A DNA stretch of 64,000 nucleotides, from positions 96,908,001-96,972,000 of the forward strand of contig NC_087437.1 in NCBI RefSeq assembly GCF_036321535.1. The letters run 5' to 3'. The notes beneath the pieces are model-generated. The model made no database searches. It was not told where the DNA came from and was given only the letters and a program-made list of their open reading frames with translations. This DNA is from Camelus dromedarius (taxonomy: Eukaryota). The translations under genes and the position numbers were made by a program. Below are positions 35,961 to 49,479 of this stretch, in pieces; within the stretch, counting starts at the first letter, position 1; every line of letters begins with the position of its first letter.

Positions 35961-36285
35961 TGCTCATTGCATTTTACAGTCACAACTGTAACAAGATAGT
36001 GTTTGCATTTTCAGAAGGTCATTGGGATTTGCATTTCTGTAAATCTCTTAAGAATACTCCTTTAGGTAAGAAGAAGTGACAATGCAATATTACTTCACCT
36101 TATTACTGAATAATTACACAATTACACAATGACATCTAGTCTAGTACAGGGAGAAACAGACAGCATATAATGTAATATTTAAATTTAAAGGCAACGGTAG
36201 AGAATTTCCTCATTTTAAAGTTAGCCAGAGGTAACTTTAAGTGAAACTTTAAGTGAAAGGGCTATAGAGTATTTGGATGGTGATA

Positions 36286-36415
36286 AAGGGACCACGTAGC
36301 TTACTTTTCAAACCAGGACATTTTGAGAGCAAAAGGGAATAATCACCAGACAGATGGCAGGGCAGCAGGCTTAAATAGGGACTTTCCTGAGAAAATCTGA
36401 ATGTATGGTCATCCT
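36286..36415. mobile_element. MER94 (hAT-Blackjack MITE)
   Basis: caaaccaggacattttgagagcaaaaggg...gggactttcctgagaaaatctgaatgtatggtcatcct. Confidence 0.75.
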
Positions 36416-37771
36416 GTACACAGATGACATATGTGACAAATGCTAATAAAGTTGAATTGGTGAATGAAAGAAACAGAACTAACACTAATCTGAACTCTTA
36501 CTTGGGAGTGGTCTTTTCCTTACAGCTTGAATTAAATAATAGTATATGCCTTATAGAAAGTTCTTCCTTCTGAAACAGACATACTAATTGAGGGTTAGGA
36601 AGGTCTGTCCAATGCTACTGGTGTTTAACAAATTGCTCCCTAGTTAGAGTGATTTGATAAAATGAATTAACTTTGAAAAGGATACTCTTAAAAAGGTCAG
36701 AGACTATCCCAAGTTAGAGAAAAAGGGAAAGAAAAATGCTAGAGACCATTCAGCCTTTTATGTCTTCCTGATTCAGTAGCTGTATCATTTCCTTCTTCAA
36801 CAAACTGCACCGGTCTTCAATCAGGTATTTAAAATATTCCATAAAGTATAAAAAATATAGTTGTAGAACACACACATACCACATGAAAAATAAATCTGCA
36901 AATACTAAATATTTTTGAACTGCATTAAAAATAATACATATGATTCTAAAACTAATGAAATTGACTATCCAATAAATGGAATTTTATATCATGTTTGTTA
37001 TCAGCTAAATAATTCATTATTTCATTTTATATACACGCTCTTTAATTAACTTACTGACTCAGAGGTAAAATGCTGCTAATCCATTCATTTCCCCAAACCC
37101 ACACACAAAAAATTACAAAACATGAGAGAGTATAAGAGCGAAAGGTTAAGGGTTTAATATGAAGGAATTTTTAAATCAGAGGAGCAAGCAGCTGGTTGAG
37201 GTTCTTTCCACCTCTAACTGGAGATCCCAGATTGCATGGTGATTAGTGACACCTGTTTTTTACTAGCCTTTTCCTGAAGCAGGCAAAGCAGGAAGCTGGC
37301 TATAGAAGTGTTCTTGGCATTTTGTTGTTCTTTCTTTTAAAAAACACATTCTCTTTTAAAACCAGATATTTGTTTTTAGCCATGGTGTGCCTATTAAAAA
37401 AATTCAGAGGCTAAATCAGCCTGTGAGTAATAGTAAACTATTTTACAAGGGTAAAGAGAGGATAATATTTTCAGTAATTTGGAAAGAGTCTATTTTAGTA
37501 TAGTCATAAGTGTTTAAATTTTTTAAAAAGCCACCTAAAACTTATAGTTTGAATAAGACTTTATTATTAGAATCATATTCCCCAGATCAAATCACTGAAG
37601 GAACGGATATCTTGGTTTGAGTACCACAGGTCAGCTTTATTCTATTCCATGATGGCCTCTCCACCTTTTTGCTTTCTCTACCATCTCCTTGGAACCTGTA
37701 TTCATTTATCTTCTTTCTTCCACATGTCCGAGTTGGATTGAATTTAAAAGGCAGTCTGGTTCAGACTGGCC

Positions 37772-38100
37772 ATATTATGGATGAGAATTCTGAAGCCTAA
37801 AGAGGGGAGGTAACTTATTCAAGATCACACAGCTTGAAGGTGGCAGAGCTGAACTAGGGTGTGGTAGTTTGTTCTGGCAGCCTTATAATAAACTAATACA
37901 AGGGACTAAGTAAAGAGAATTCTGCACCCATTGTTGATAAAAGATCCCCTTGATTTCAAATTCTTCACTTTACAGTTTACAAAGTCATGGCCCAAAAAAG
38001 ACAGGCAACCTTTCTAGGTAGTTACAACAAAAATAGACTGAAATACAAGTATCTAACTCCCAATATAGCTGATCACCTTCCAGTACTCCATGCTATGTCT
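37772..38100. mobile_element. MIR fragments (-) flanking a short MLT1 LTR 3' end (+, about 37860-37900)
   Basis: ggtaacttattcaagatcacacagc; gtgtggtagtttgttctggcagcc...aactaataca. Confidence 0.6.
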
Positions 38101-38579
38101 CATATACACAAATCCAAACACAAAAATATCCTGTAGAAATCCTTGTTCCCAGGAGAAAGATATTTCAGAAACTCCATTTACTATTCATGGTTCAGTTGAA
38201 TACATGATTGCTTTTCATGTTTCTGCACCCACTTAATGAATACATACGTTTAACAGAGTTTTACAGAGCTTCAACTATGTGTTAGATATTGTATCATTCT
38301 TCAATATTTTTATAGACAAACCCACAACTGCATCTGTCACTTTTATTGCCTCTTAAATTGTCAACCTCAAATATGAATTAAAAAGTGCTTAAGTCTAGCA
38401 CTCTTAAATTTTATAGGAACATTCCAAAAATATCCACCTCATAGTAGTAACTCATGATTAAAGAGAAACAGTGATATAAAGGAAAAAGCACTAAAATTGT
38501 AAAAAAAAGATTTGCATTCTTTATTGTTTAAATTTTGATAGTTAATCAAATTATGTCACCAAATATAAGACCTATACAC

Positions 38580-38835
38580 TTGATTAGACTTTAGGGCCTG
38601 GGTAATGTTAGTATAGACTGGAGAAAAAAAAAGTATCATTAGAAAAATATAGCACAGAAATTAGAAGATGACTCTTGTTGTAACTTTTCTATTTACTAGC
38701 TCTGACTTTGATTGGACTTCAGGGCCTGGATAATGTTTAGTATAGACTGGAGGAAGAAAGTATCATTAGGAAAATATAGGACAAAAAATAGAAGATGACT
38801 CCTGGTTTTAACTTTTCTATTTACTAGATTTGACT
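38580..38835. repeat. Tandem duplication, 2 x about 128 bp (includes a decayed MIR head)
   Basis: Copies start at 38580 (ttgattagactttagggcctgg) and 38708 (ttgattggacttcagggcctgg) and are collinear through aacttttctatttactag; MIR3-like body continues to about 38940. Confidence 0.95.
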
Positions 38836-39099
38836 TTGGCAAACCACTTGGCTATCTATGCTTCAATTTTTTTTTATTTGAAAGATGAGAAAATTTGACT
38901 CAGCATTTAAAATTCCTTCTAGTTTTAACATGATTGAGATCTGAAAAGTAAATATAATTTAAACTTACAATCTTTTTAGTTGATAGTTGCCTTACACAAA
39001 GGATAGCTCAAGAGATAATGAACTACTTTGACATCCATTTTAGAGCAATATGTGTGCTCTGTGCTTAATACATACAGCAAAGTGCACAGACAAGTCCTT

Positions 39100-39161
39100 T
39101 GTGTGTGTGTGTGTGTGTGTATGTAGGGCGAAACACACACACACACACGTGCACACACACA
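39100..39161. repeat. (TG)n followed by (AC)n compound microsatellite
   Basis: (GT)10 at 39101-39120, 12-nt spacer, (AC)8 gtgc (AC)n at 39133-39161. Confidence 0.97.
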
Positions 39162-39959
39162 ATTACTTTTTAATAGTGTCTTTTGTTTAATAGAAACACA
39201 GAAATGTATTTTTATATTTGAAGCCTTTCCCAGTATAATTCCTTAGTGTGTGATCTTCATTTTTTTTTAATTGAAAATAGACATCAGTGGACAATAAAGT
39301 CAACTGCCAACAGACATGATGGTGTATTGTGTTAAGGCCTATATCAATCAAATGTCTCTGTATCAGCTTTGACCAGGGAGGTTTCATTTTCTCAACAGAG
39401 AGATGCGACTAATGAGAAGGTGATGGGTTGATGCAATCCTCAAGAGCTAGGTAGGAAAGTTTTAGCTCCTTAGGGAATTTCTGGAGAAACAAGAACATTG
39501 CTTGATCTTTCAAAGCACTAGAAAGAGTAAAGGTACTTTCTTGAAGAGAGTTGTAAAGATGAATGAGAGGTATGGTGATCAAGGACAAAACCTGAGAATA
39601 TACCTTTGAGGTCTCACATCACATCCATGAACTTTAACCCTGAGGAAAATTTCTCCATTTCAGAATAGGGCAAGTTTTGTTTATATAGTCCTGAAGGTCT
39701 CCTCCCTATTGTTCAATAGGAGACATTCCTGATAATGACTTTCAATTAAAGGCATTAAATGTTAACAGTGCCACAGGAATGGATATTACTTTTTTCCCCA
39801 TTGAATAAAATTATGTACATACTTTTCTTTGTCAGTATAAATTTTAGGTGTCTTGACAACAGATAATTTAAAAATCAGTTTATTTCCTTTTGTACCAAGT
39901 TAAATTTTAAGGTTCTGTTTCTAGTGTGCCTTTAATAAAATATTAGAGCACTATATCTT

Positions 39960-40260
39960 TATTATTTAAACAAGCATCTATTGAACAATTAGTCCGAGTT
40001 AGGCACTAAACCAAATGATGAAGACACAATTATCTCTAGAAAATGTATAGGGCAAACAGAGAAGTAAACAGTAGACAATTAAGTTAAGTTTGACAGCAAT
40101 AGATTAATCAGCCATTGGGCTGGCCATGGGTAGTAGTGTTAGGTGAGTGTTTCTAGTGAATGTGACAAGATAATCCTGGAAAAATCAGGAGTTAGGCAAA
40201 TTTGTCAGGAAAAGTAGGTGGGAAAAGGGGATAAATGGACAAAGAGAATGAAAGTGTTAG
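39960..40260 (-). mobile_element. L2 3' region
   Basis: tttaaacaagcatctattgaacaattagtccgagttaggcact. Confidence 0.55.
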
Positions 40261-41009
40261 AACAGAAGAGATCACCCTTCCCTAATTCTATCTGCTTTTA
40301 TAATTCCAGTTCTCCCTTAGAAGAAGCTTATTGTTCTTTTACAAATTGTGTCTTTAACAGATTTTGTCCCTGTACCCTTACTAGGGAAAGAGCAGACAGC
40401 ATCCCTAGGGATGCTGGTTAATCAGGTCTAGTTCTTACCATTCTTACCCTTGCCTGCTGAGTGAAATCTCTCTATGGCTTAGAAAGTTTAATCATCTCTC
40501 TTTGGATGAGAATTAAAAACTCATTTGTGTAAATATATGTCATTTATTATGTTTATTTTCTTCTTCCCTCTCTGGACAATTGAATCACTCCTTTCATTAA
40601 GTGTTTCAGAAAAAGATAAGCATGATTTATCTTATTAACAAAGAAACTTGCTAGCTGGGTTTTAAATAACATAGACTATTTTTCTGTAAGTGATCAATTC
40701 TTCATCTTCTAGAAGTGCTGTAGTTATAAGGCTAAGACTGATGATTCTCATTACATTGTGGCACTTCCTGGAAGTGCAAGTCAGGCGAAGGCCACCAATC
40801 CCAAGCAGTAGAAACATCAACCCATCCCTTTCTTTCTTGGTGATCACACAGTTTCCATGTAACTCAAACACGGAAGAGGACTAGCATGATTAAGGATCTG
40901 AAGTTATATACAGTCTTCTTTTCCTTCCAGTTAAATTGTTCCTATCTTTATTTCTAGTGACCAGCCCAAGAGTTCTAGGCCTCTGGGCCTCATGCAATTG
41001 CCTTTTACA

Positions 41010-41240
41010 GACTGTGAGCCCATGTACATGGGATTAGAACTATAAGACCTAATAACTTCCTTGTGAACTTGAATTAAATTTAACCTCTCTTTATTTCCAT
41101 TTTCTTATCTGCAAAATAGGGACAATCACCCTACCTCCCTTACTGAGCTTTTGTGTGCATAGCATGAAAAGAAAAAAAAAATTCTCTTAAATGTCTTGCA
41201 AAATTCAAAGCACTACAAAAATATAAATAATTGCAATTAC
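41010..41240 (+). mobile_element. MIRc-like
   Basis: tttaacctctct...ttttcttatctgcaaaatagggacaatc...aaagcactacaaaaatataa. Confidence 0.75.
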
Positions 41241-42499
41241 TTGAGAGTTTAGCAACCATAATCTCCAAGGTCTCTGTACATAAATGTGATCAGACCCAAA
41301 TGGCTTATGTACCAAGCTCTCTTATCTATCATCACTAATAATTCCCCCACTTCCTTTCCACTTGGCTGCAGTCTTTGTATATAACTGAGAAGCTGCTGTT
41401 GTAATCAGAAAACTTAACAAAAAACCCCTCTGCCTCCTTCAACAAGACCACATGGCTTTGCAGGGTAAGACTATATCCTCCTGTGGGCAGACCTATTTAG
41501 GATCTAAACAGGTTGTAAAGCTCCCTGGGAACAGCTTGGCATCACCTGTGGTCATAGGTGGAGTACTCCTGTCTACTACCCAGTTAGGAAAACACTAAGA
41601 AAGTAGATAATTAAAAATAAAGGACTGTGTTAACTCAAATGGATTATCTGGCTTAGTGAAATTATCATGGAAATTGTGGCAACTGTATCCACTGCATTTT
41701 CTTCCTTTTGAATCTTTAAACATTTTGAAATATTGTAATATTATGACTATGGAAAATAAACTCCATTTTCACTGACTAAAAAAATTCAATTCTAAGCTTA
41801 CTGCAATAGCACGTCCAGAGTTACGACTATGGATATACTCTATTCTAGTTTATTTTAATATTTTCCCAAATTTAGGAATGGAGCAAAATGTCAAACAACC
41901 CATCACTTCATACTTTCTCCTGTACAAATGTTTTATAAATATTCTATTGTGGATTATTATTTTATGATTATTGTCCCATGATTTCAATTATTTCTCATAT
42001 TGATAATTAAAAGCCTTTATATTTTATAGCCAGAAACATTTTCAAACAGTAAAAAAATCCAGTAACATGTCTGATTGATTCAAGAGTTTCTTCCTAAGTC
42101 TGGCCAATAGACCATGAAGATCAAACTTGTATTTTCATAGCTTATGGCCTAAGACTATTAGATAAGTACTGTTATTATTGGATTCCAATTTTATATATTC
42201 ATAGCTAATTAATAATCAGTGCTATATATAGGGTATTCAAATAAAGAAATTCTCAATTTTATCATAAATTTCTTACTTTCCCTATCACTGGGTGAGTAGG
42301 GTAGTCGCCCTTCATGCTGATTATGTATCCAGAAAAAGGGATACAATGGTTGGATTAGGGAGTTTTTGTATTTCAACTTTTCAGATCTTCAGATCTAATC
42401 CAAGCAAATTTAAAGAGGAAAAACTGATTTCCCCACAAATAATGTAGATATAAAGTAGAAAGAGTAACCCAAACAGACGAAATGGAAATCAAAGTCATT

Positions 42500-43065
42500 G
42501 ATTAATTCAATCACTCTTTGAGGACGATTATGTACTAATCATTATTCTAAATGCTTCATTTATAGTTAAAAAGAGATACAGTCATTAAAACAAGGAAGTT
42601 ACAGTTTACTGGCGATGGGGTCATGAGAAAGCAAATATTTGGCCTTAGAGGAGATGAGAGTGAGATCAGGAAATAAGTGTGGAGGTAAGACTACATCTTG
42701 AAATGTAACTAGCTTTCTAACACCATTTTATTGATGCTTCAGCTATCTCTTTATCTTAATCTGGATATTATTAGAATAAATCTTCATATATGCCTTCTTC
42801 TGAGGATAAAATTTGAAAATGAACTTATAACTCCCCACGTACCTATGCTTACTGACTTTTACTCTAGGGTAGTAGTTTCTTAGCTAGACTCTCTTAACAG
42901 TCTCTGGACACTTCTCTTACAAAACTTACTGATTCCAGAATAACACAAGAACTGATAAACTCCTCAAAGGTAAAAAATGAGTCCTTTTTGAATGAGCACT
43001 TCTAGAACCTAGAAAGTGCCTGTCCCATGGAAACTGTTTAATATTCAGTGAAGAAATGAATAAAG
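42500..43065. mobile_element. L2 fragments (- at about 42500-42640, + at about 42780-43065)
   Basis: attaattcaatcactctttgagg...; gataaactcctcaaagg...agaacctagaaagtgcctgtcccatgg...aaatgaataaa. Confidence 0.55.
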
Positions 43066-45368
43066 ACTAGGCACCAAAATATATAGGTTTTGATATTTCT
43101 TAGGATTCATTTCATTGAAGGATTCTTGTAATCAATAATCTGAATATAAAAAGAAAGACCAATTTTCAATTTCCAAGAAACATAAAATTAAGTTAGCTAA
43201 TCATAAAATGTGTTTAATTTCCTCATGAAATTTGACTACAGAAAAAGTTTATAATATACAGAGATATAAGAAATAAATTTTATGTAATGTGAATACTTGA
43301 ATGGCATTTGTAGTTTTTCATTTAAAGGCTCTTACTTGTATAGAATTCGAATTGGATACATTCATGCTCAATATTTTCTCCATTAAATTTTAAAACCTCT
43401 GAACTTCCTTTGTAATTCTCCTCATCTCTCCCCATCTCTCACACACTTGTGTCACAAGCTGATACCCAAATGAGTACATGTAATGATAAAGTACCAAATT
43501 CCCTAATTAGTGCTGAGTGTCAAATTTGACTATCTCAAACATGTTATTAGCAATAACCTTGAGGTGTCTATGAGTGAGTTATTAAAAGGGAGGTCTAATC
43601 CAAAAGTATGATTTGGGCACTTGGAAAGTCTTAATAGCATTTGAGCAGCAGTGTGTTTCTTAATTGGAAATAATAATAGCAGCAGCATTATCTCAAGTAA
43701 TCAGACTTTCTTAGTTATAATACTTTAACATCATAAGACAGGTGATTTATTCAACTATTTGGAGCTTCTCCAGAAAAGCCAGGACATAAATAAAACACAG
43801 AAGAGCAGCAAGACTGGGGAAATCACAGCACAATTCAGGAACTGTGAATGGTTACACTCCTGTGTAGCAACTTTAATGAATATAGTGCAGTCAACCTTTG
43901 ACAAATAAAACCACTTCTGTCCAGGTATTAATACACAGATTATTTCTGTATCTTTTCAAGTACACCTTCAAAAGCCATTAGAGGAAACCATCTTATATTC
44001 TATTTTCTTCAATGACTTAGGGAGAAGAAACTCACTTAAAAACAGAAAAAAACTAAATTGCTTCGAGTATTACTGTGAACTGCCCTAAGGAAAGCCAGCT
44101 TTTATTTGAAATCACAACTATTAATGAAAGTATATTTTCTTTCTCTTGATATTTTTATTAAAAATGCACAGTATATCTTTTCAACATATATTCCTTAATT
44201 TGCCTTTTATTATTATATCTGCACCAATTAAAAATTTTACAAAGATCTGTAAGAAGTAGTACTAATTTCACTAATTTATACAGGGTAAGCTTAAGGACAA
44301 AGTATAAAGCCAAACAAACAAAAAACCAAAAAAATAATCAGAAGAAGAAAAGGCTAGTAGTTTTACTGTAAAATGCTCAACAAGCTAAATGTGTTTCCGT
44401 TTTATTCAGAACAAGGATGGAAAATAATTCTATTACAGAGAAAATCAGTTTGCCTGTAATGCTAAGAGCAGCCCCTGCTGGTTACTGTCATATAAGTGAG
44501 ACATGGAAAATTTTAATGAAAAAAGTTAAAATAAGAACAGAAGATACTGGAGAGTTCTTTACTTTTCAACAACACATGATTTCTCCTTTGACACTTTTCC
44601 AGTATGTGACCCATAGTGTTTGCCACAAATCACATGTAAATTATCGAATATCTAAATCTGGAAGTTTTTTTCCCTTTGAAACAATTATTTAAAAAATAGC
44701 TCAAACAACCACTTACTTGATAGTTGGCTCAAATGAGCCCTGAACCCTGACTTCCCAAAATTCATCAATTATAAGAGGAAAACTAAGGAAGCACTATTCT
44801 GGGCACATATTGGTAGTTTGACTAAAAGTATAACTGTACGGGATTTATACTTCATAAGATCAGCATTTTTACTATGCATAATAAGGCATATTAAAAATAA
44901 CAGAATAAAATATAAGCTTTCAATTATGGCTCTATAAATGAAACAAGACAAACAAAAATTGATTTAAAATATTTAAAACTACATTCCTTCTTGCTCACAC
45001 CATCAATTTTTTTTTTTTTTTTTGGAGGTAAAGGGAAATAATAACAAAACGAGTAAAGACAAATAATTCTAAGCTTTATATTTTTTCTTTCTTTCCTTGA
45101 TTTGTCTTCCCAATTAATTTTCCCAGAAAAGTAGTTCTCTGTCCACCTAAGTCTTTGGCTTCTTTGTCCATACATTCAATAAAAATCTGAGAATGATTTG
45201 TGTGTGTGTATACATGTTACATCTATCTTTTAAAAAATGTTTAAAGGTGTTTTGCTTAACTCTTAATAACCAAACTATAAATATTAATATATTTGTTTAC
45301 TTTGATGCCATTATGAATTCTTCACTGACCAACTATGGATTTTCAGTTTTCCCTGTCTTTGTATTCTA

Positions 45369-45680
45369 AGTGTTTTGCAAAGTGTGTTCGGTGGAATCAT
45401 AGTCCTATGAGATGTTACTTAGAAACAAATAAACCAGTAATCTCTATAGCTTGAGAAGTTCTTTAAAAATATGCATACTATATTCTTTTAAAGATTCAGA
45501 CTGCAAATTAGTATATTAAACTCTTTCTTATATTCAGTAGAGAAATACATTTAACTTCCTCTAACCCAGGTTTTATTTGATGAAGTTTGACTTTTCAGTG
45601 ACACGGAACTCCATTTTCATTGCAAACCTAGCAATATCTTGCCGAACTTATCTCTCTGAGGAACACACTCTATAATACAA
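45369..45680. mobile_element. MER103C-like hAT-Charlie element
   Basis: gtgttttgcaaagtgtgttcggtggaatcatagtcctatgagatg...tgcatactat...ttagtatattaaa...ggaacacact. Confidence 0.7.
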
Positions 45681-45894
45681 TCCTAATTCTTTAAGGGCAA
45701 GTACTAAGTGTACTTTAACTCCAGTCTACCTAACACCTCCTCATCTGGGGGCACGTTAGGACATTCAAGACTGATTTAGAGGGGAAAAAATGTATCACAG
45801 GTGTCTACCATGGCCACATCCCCAAGACTACGCCTTCTTCAGCCTGTCCCACCAAGGCCTTATCTAGTGACCACCAATAACCCACAATCTCAAT

Positions 45895-46170
45895 ATCACA
45901 TTCTTGATGCTCCACTACTCTCTACAGGATAAAAGTTCAGTCATCTTTCCAAGGCACATAGTTTGGCCTATGCCCTGCCATTAAAACTTGAACATCTAAT
46001 GATATGTGTTCTTGTTTTTATTTCAGTCTTCATGCCTTTCCTCATATGGGTCCTTCTGCCTGGAATATCTATACCTACATCCTTTTATGATAAATTCTAC
46101 CCAAGTCAGAATTTCTGATCATACCTTTATTTCATCCACTAAACTATGAGCAGTTTAGGGCAGGACACAG
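45895..46170 (+). mobile_element. L2 fragment
   Basis: ctacaggataaaagttcag...catgcctttcctcatatgggtccttctgcctggaat. Confidence 0.6.
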
Positions 46171-46297
46171 CAAGGAAAGCACCCTGATATTTTTCAATTT
46201 ATTCTCTCCTATTCTACGCAACTTAATTTTAAAAGAAATTGATTTCATGACCCATTGGTAGGGCACAAATTGCAGATTAAGAATAATCACATTGAGT

Positions 46298-46697
46298 TTC
46301 AGCAACATGGATGGACCTGGAGGATATAATGCTATTAGACAGTGAAAGAAAAATCCTGTATGATGTCACTTATATGTGGAATCTAAAAATACAACAAACT
46401 AGTGAATATAACAAAAAAGAAGGAGACTCACAGACAGAGAGAATAAACCCATGGTTACCAGTAGGGACGGGGGAAGGCCAACATAGAAGTAGGAGATTAA
46501 GAAGTACACACTATCATGTAAAAAATAAGCTACAAAGATACTTTTACAACACATGTAATAAAGCCAATGTTTTATAGTAGCTATAAATGGAGTATAACCT
46601 TTAAATTTTGTGAATTATTATACTGTATACCTGTAACTCTTACAATATTATACATCAACTATACTTCAATAAAAGATAAAAATAAAATAAAATAAAA
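46298..46697 (+). mobile_element. L1 3' end (older cetartiodactyl-type subfamily) with (AAAAT)n tail
   Basis: cagcaacatggatggacctggagg...tcacttatatgtggaatctaaaaa...aactatacttcaataaaa. Confidence 0.93.
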
Positions 46698-49479
46698 CAC
46701 ACCTGAATGTTATAAATATTAACAAATTTAAAAGTAGATGAAAACATACATACTTTTGTTTTGATTTCTAGTGAGACTGAATTATTTCCATATTAATTAT
46801 ATTTTATGTAGTATTTTGTTATTTTTAATATTTATTCATATTTTATTGATCTTTAAAACTTCCTGTATATCAAGCATGTCATATGTATTACAAATAAATA
46901 TATATACTTTAAAATGTTTTTAAGATGCTTTCTTGTACATAAGGCAAATCAATTAATATTTTCCTTTGTGATTATTGTTTTTAATTTTAGGCTTAGAAAT
47001 AAGTATCAATAGAGCATAATATTAATCATCACTTATATTTTCTTCTGTTATTTTCAACTTATTTATTTTTATACAAATAACATTTTAATACATATTATTT
47101 AGAAATCAAGCCAAGGTGGGGAAGAGACAAAAATCCAATGTCTTGACTTCAATTTTAGGACTTTCTATTAATTTGTTAACAAACATTTAGGGTAAATGTG
47201 CTGCCACATTAAATTTATATGGATTGAAAGGTATCACCAGGTTTCAGAAATAAAAAAAAAAATGGGGATGAATAGGAGTTCAAGATGCTAGTTGACGTCC
47301 CTATAGCAACTCATTTAGATAGAGTTTAGCCAATAATTCTCTCCTGTTAACATAGGGAATGGAGTTTCCAAAGCAGACCCTAAATCTATAAAATGCTTTT
47401 CATTCTTCCCTCCAAAAATCAAATATTAATTTAAATTGACACCTGGGTTAAATTTAAAACCCACAAGCTAATTTCAGAGAGACAATACATTTTTAATTTA
47501 TCCAAACTAGATATATTAAAGGTGTTTGAGTATTCTACTTGCATGGATTCAACTATTTTTACAATGCATACTGACAAGCTCTTTACACAGGATACTGACA
47601 AGGACTGAAATTTTCTTTTCTATAATGCTTAAAAATGTGCTAGGTTTTACTCGTGTTTTAGAAAATCTCCTTGATAGTAAAATGTAACAGCAAAGATCAA
47701 TTATAAAGAGTAGTATTCAAAGAAATAAAATCCTTGATTCCTTTTCATTTAAAATTCTTAACTCTAGTTTAATTTTTGAATGTAATCAACTACCATTCAA
47801 ATACAGTTTTATTCATCTATTTATGACAAAGTATAAAAGTAGATTTCTCTAAGTTATAATATTAACACAAATTCTCTCCATTTTCTTTGGTCAAATGTGA
47901 CTCAGTACACTACAATTAAAACTATACTTTAAAAATTCTATGAAAGATAGAGATATCAGTTAAAAATTACATATACTCAAACAATGCCATTATTAAGAAA
48001 AATAGACTTAATAAGAAAATTGCCACAATTTTTTCAATGTCACTTATGGCTACCATATAAAATGATTGCTTACACTGTTCTACAAATCATTTCATTGTTC
48101 AAATAAACCGAGCAGGTGTTGTTTTTTTTTTTCTAGATAAAAACAAGCACATGTTTTAAGAACCTGACATAGATTTGAGTGTATCTAGAGGAGAGTCCCT
48201 CAGAGATGATGAGGTAGTCTGCAAAAAAACACAGAGAAGGCTCAAAGAAAATGTAACCATTGTCCTCACACGTGTAAAAGAGCTGCCATGGAGCTGTAAT
48301 GTGGTACACTTGATCTAGTTGCTGCAGCACACAAAGAAAGTTACCAAAAGGAGGAGAGATAAGAAAAATTCTAAGTGGAAATGGCACCACTTTGATTTTT
48401 ATTGCCAATTTTTTAAACATCTCTAAGAAAGTATACACATACATTGTTCCTCTTCCCTTTCCCTAGATAGGAAACACATGGAATAATTCAAAACAATGTA
48501 TTCTAGGATCATCTAGAATAAAATTCTGGCCTTGACTCTCATTACAATGTGTCTTTTACAGCTCATGTATAATAGCTGATGAGGTGTAGTGTTGAAAAGC
48601 ATGCTAAGTGTTGCAATCAAAGAACCTGGGATAAAATTAGTCACTGGACCCCTGAGGAGATAGGGATAGAGATAATAAACATTGATTTTCAGTGACTAAT
48701 TTTACATCATATATATCTGCATTTATCTATTGAGGGATCTATATACATTCATATAGGAGAATCTATGTTCGGGGTGGGGGTGGGGAGGAATGGTAGATGC
48801 CTTAAGTCATGTGTACTTTTGATTTCTAAAGTAATTTGAAAGGCAAGGGACCATTTTACAGAACATTCATAGAATTATAAAAGGTCACTAATCTGAGTCC
48901 CTTGTTTTCTGCAGGGAAAGCTAAAAGGAAGTACACAATAAATCATGTATAAAGCTGAATACTTTCAGGGAAGGATAAAACTAGCAGTAGCACACTTTGA
49001 TTAGAATGAACATGTGCATTTTTCATACCACAAATTCTATTTAAGCTAAAAAGTTATACTTCCTTGAGAAAAAAGTAGGACGCCAATTATTTTCTTCTAT
49101 TTATCTGAGTTTGAATTTTTTATTGAATTTTTAAAAGGTACATTAAAACTAAACTTGTTACTATATAGACTTTCCTCCATTAATTTATATTTAATGATTC
49201 AGAATTTATTGAGTTTCTATTATGTTTCAAGCAATCTAGACTTAACATAGTAAAAGAGAATAGAATGGATCATGAAAGAGAATAAAGGTCTCAAAATGAC
49301 CTATTTCTTTAAAAATCCAATTCTCTCTGTTCACCACATTATTCTTTTGTTTCATTAAAATATTTTATGTTCATACGATTCACAGAAAGAATATAATTTC
49401 TTTTGTCACAGGAAAACATTTTCCCCCCAAATACTACCCATTGTTCTTCAGATATTGCCAGCAAAATTTGCATGATACT

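Noticed and set aside
48121..48420. Plus-strand acceptor (poly-T ctag at 48137) starting a coding exon
   Set aside because: All three frames hit stops within 12 codons
48570..48615. Hammerhead-ribozyme-like CTGATGA...GAAA (also at about 11866 and, on the minus strand, about 57010-57032)
   Set aside because: No Watson-Crick stem II or compatible stems I/III; the 48.6 kb hit is a MIR head and the 57.0 kb hit is in L2
48771..48793. G-quadruplex (G4-T-G5-T-G4-A-GG)
   Set aside because: Only three G-tracts of 3 or more; marginal
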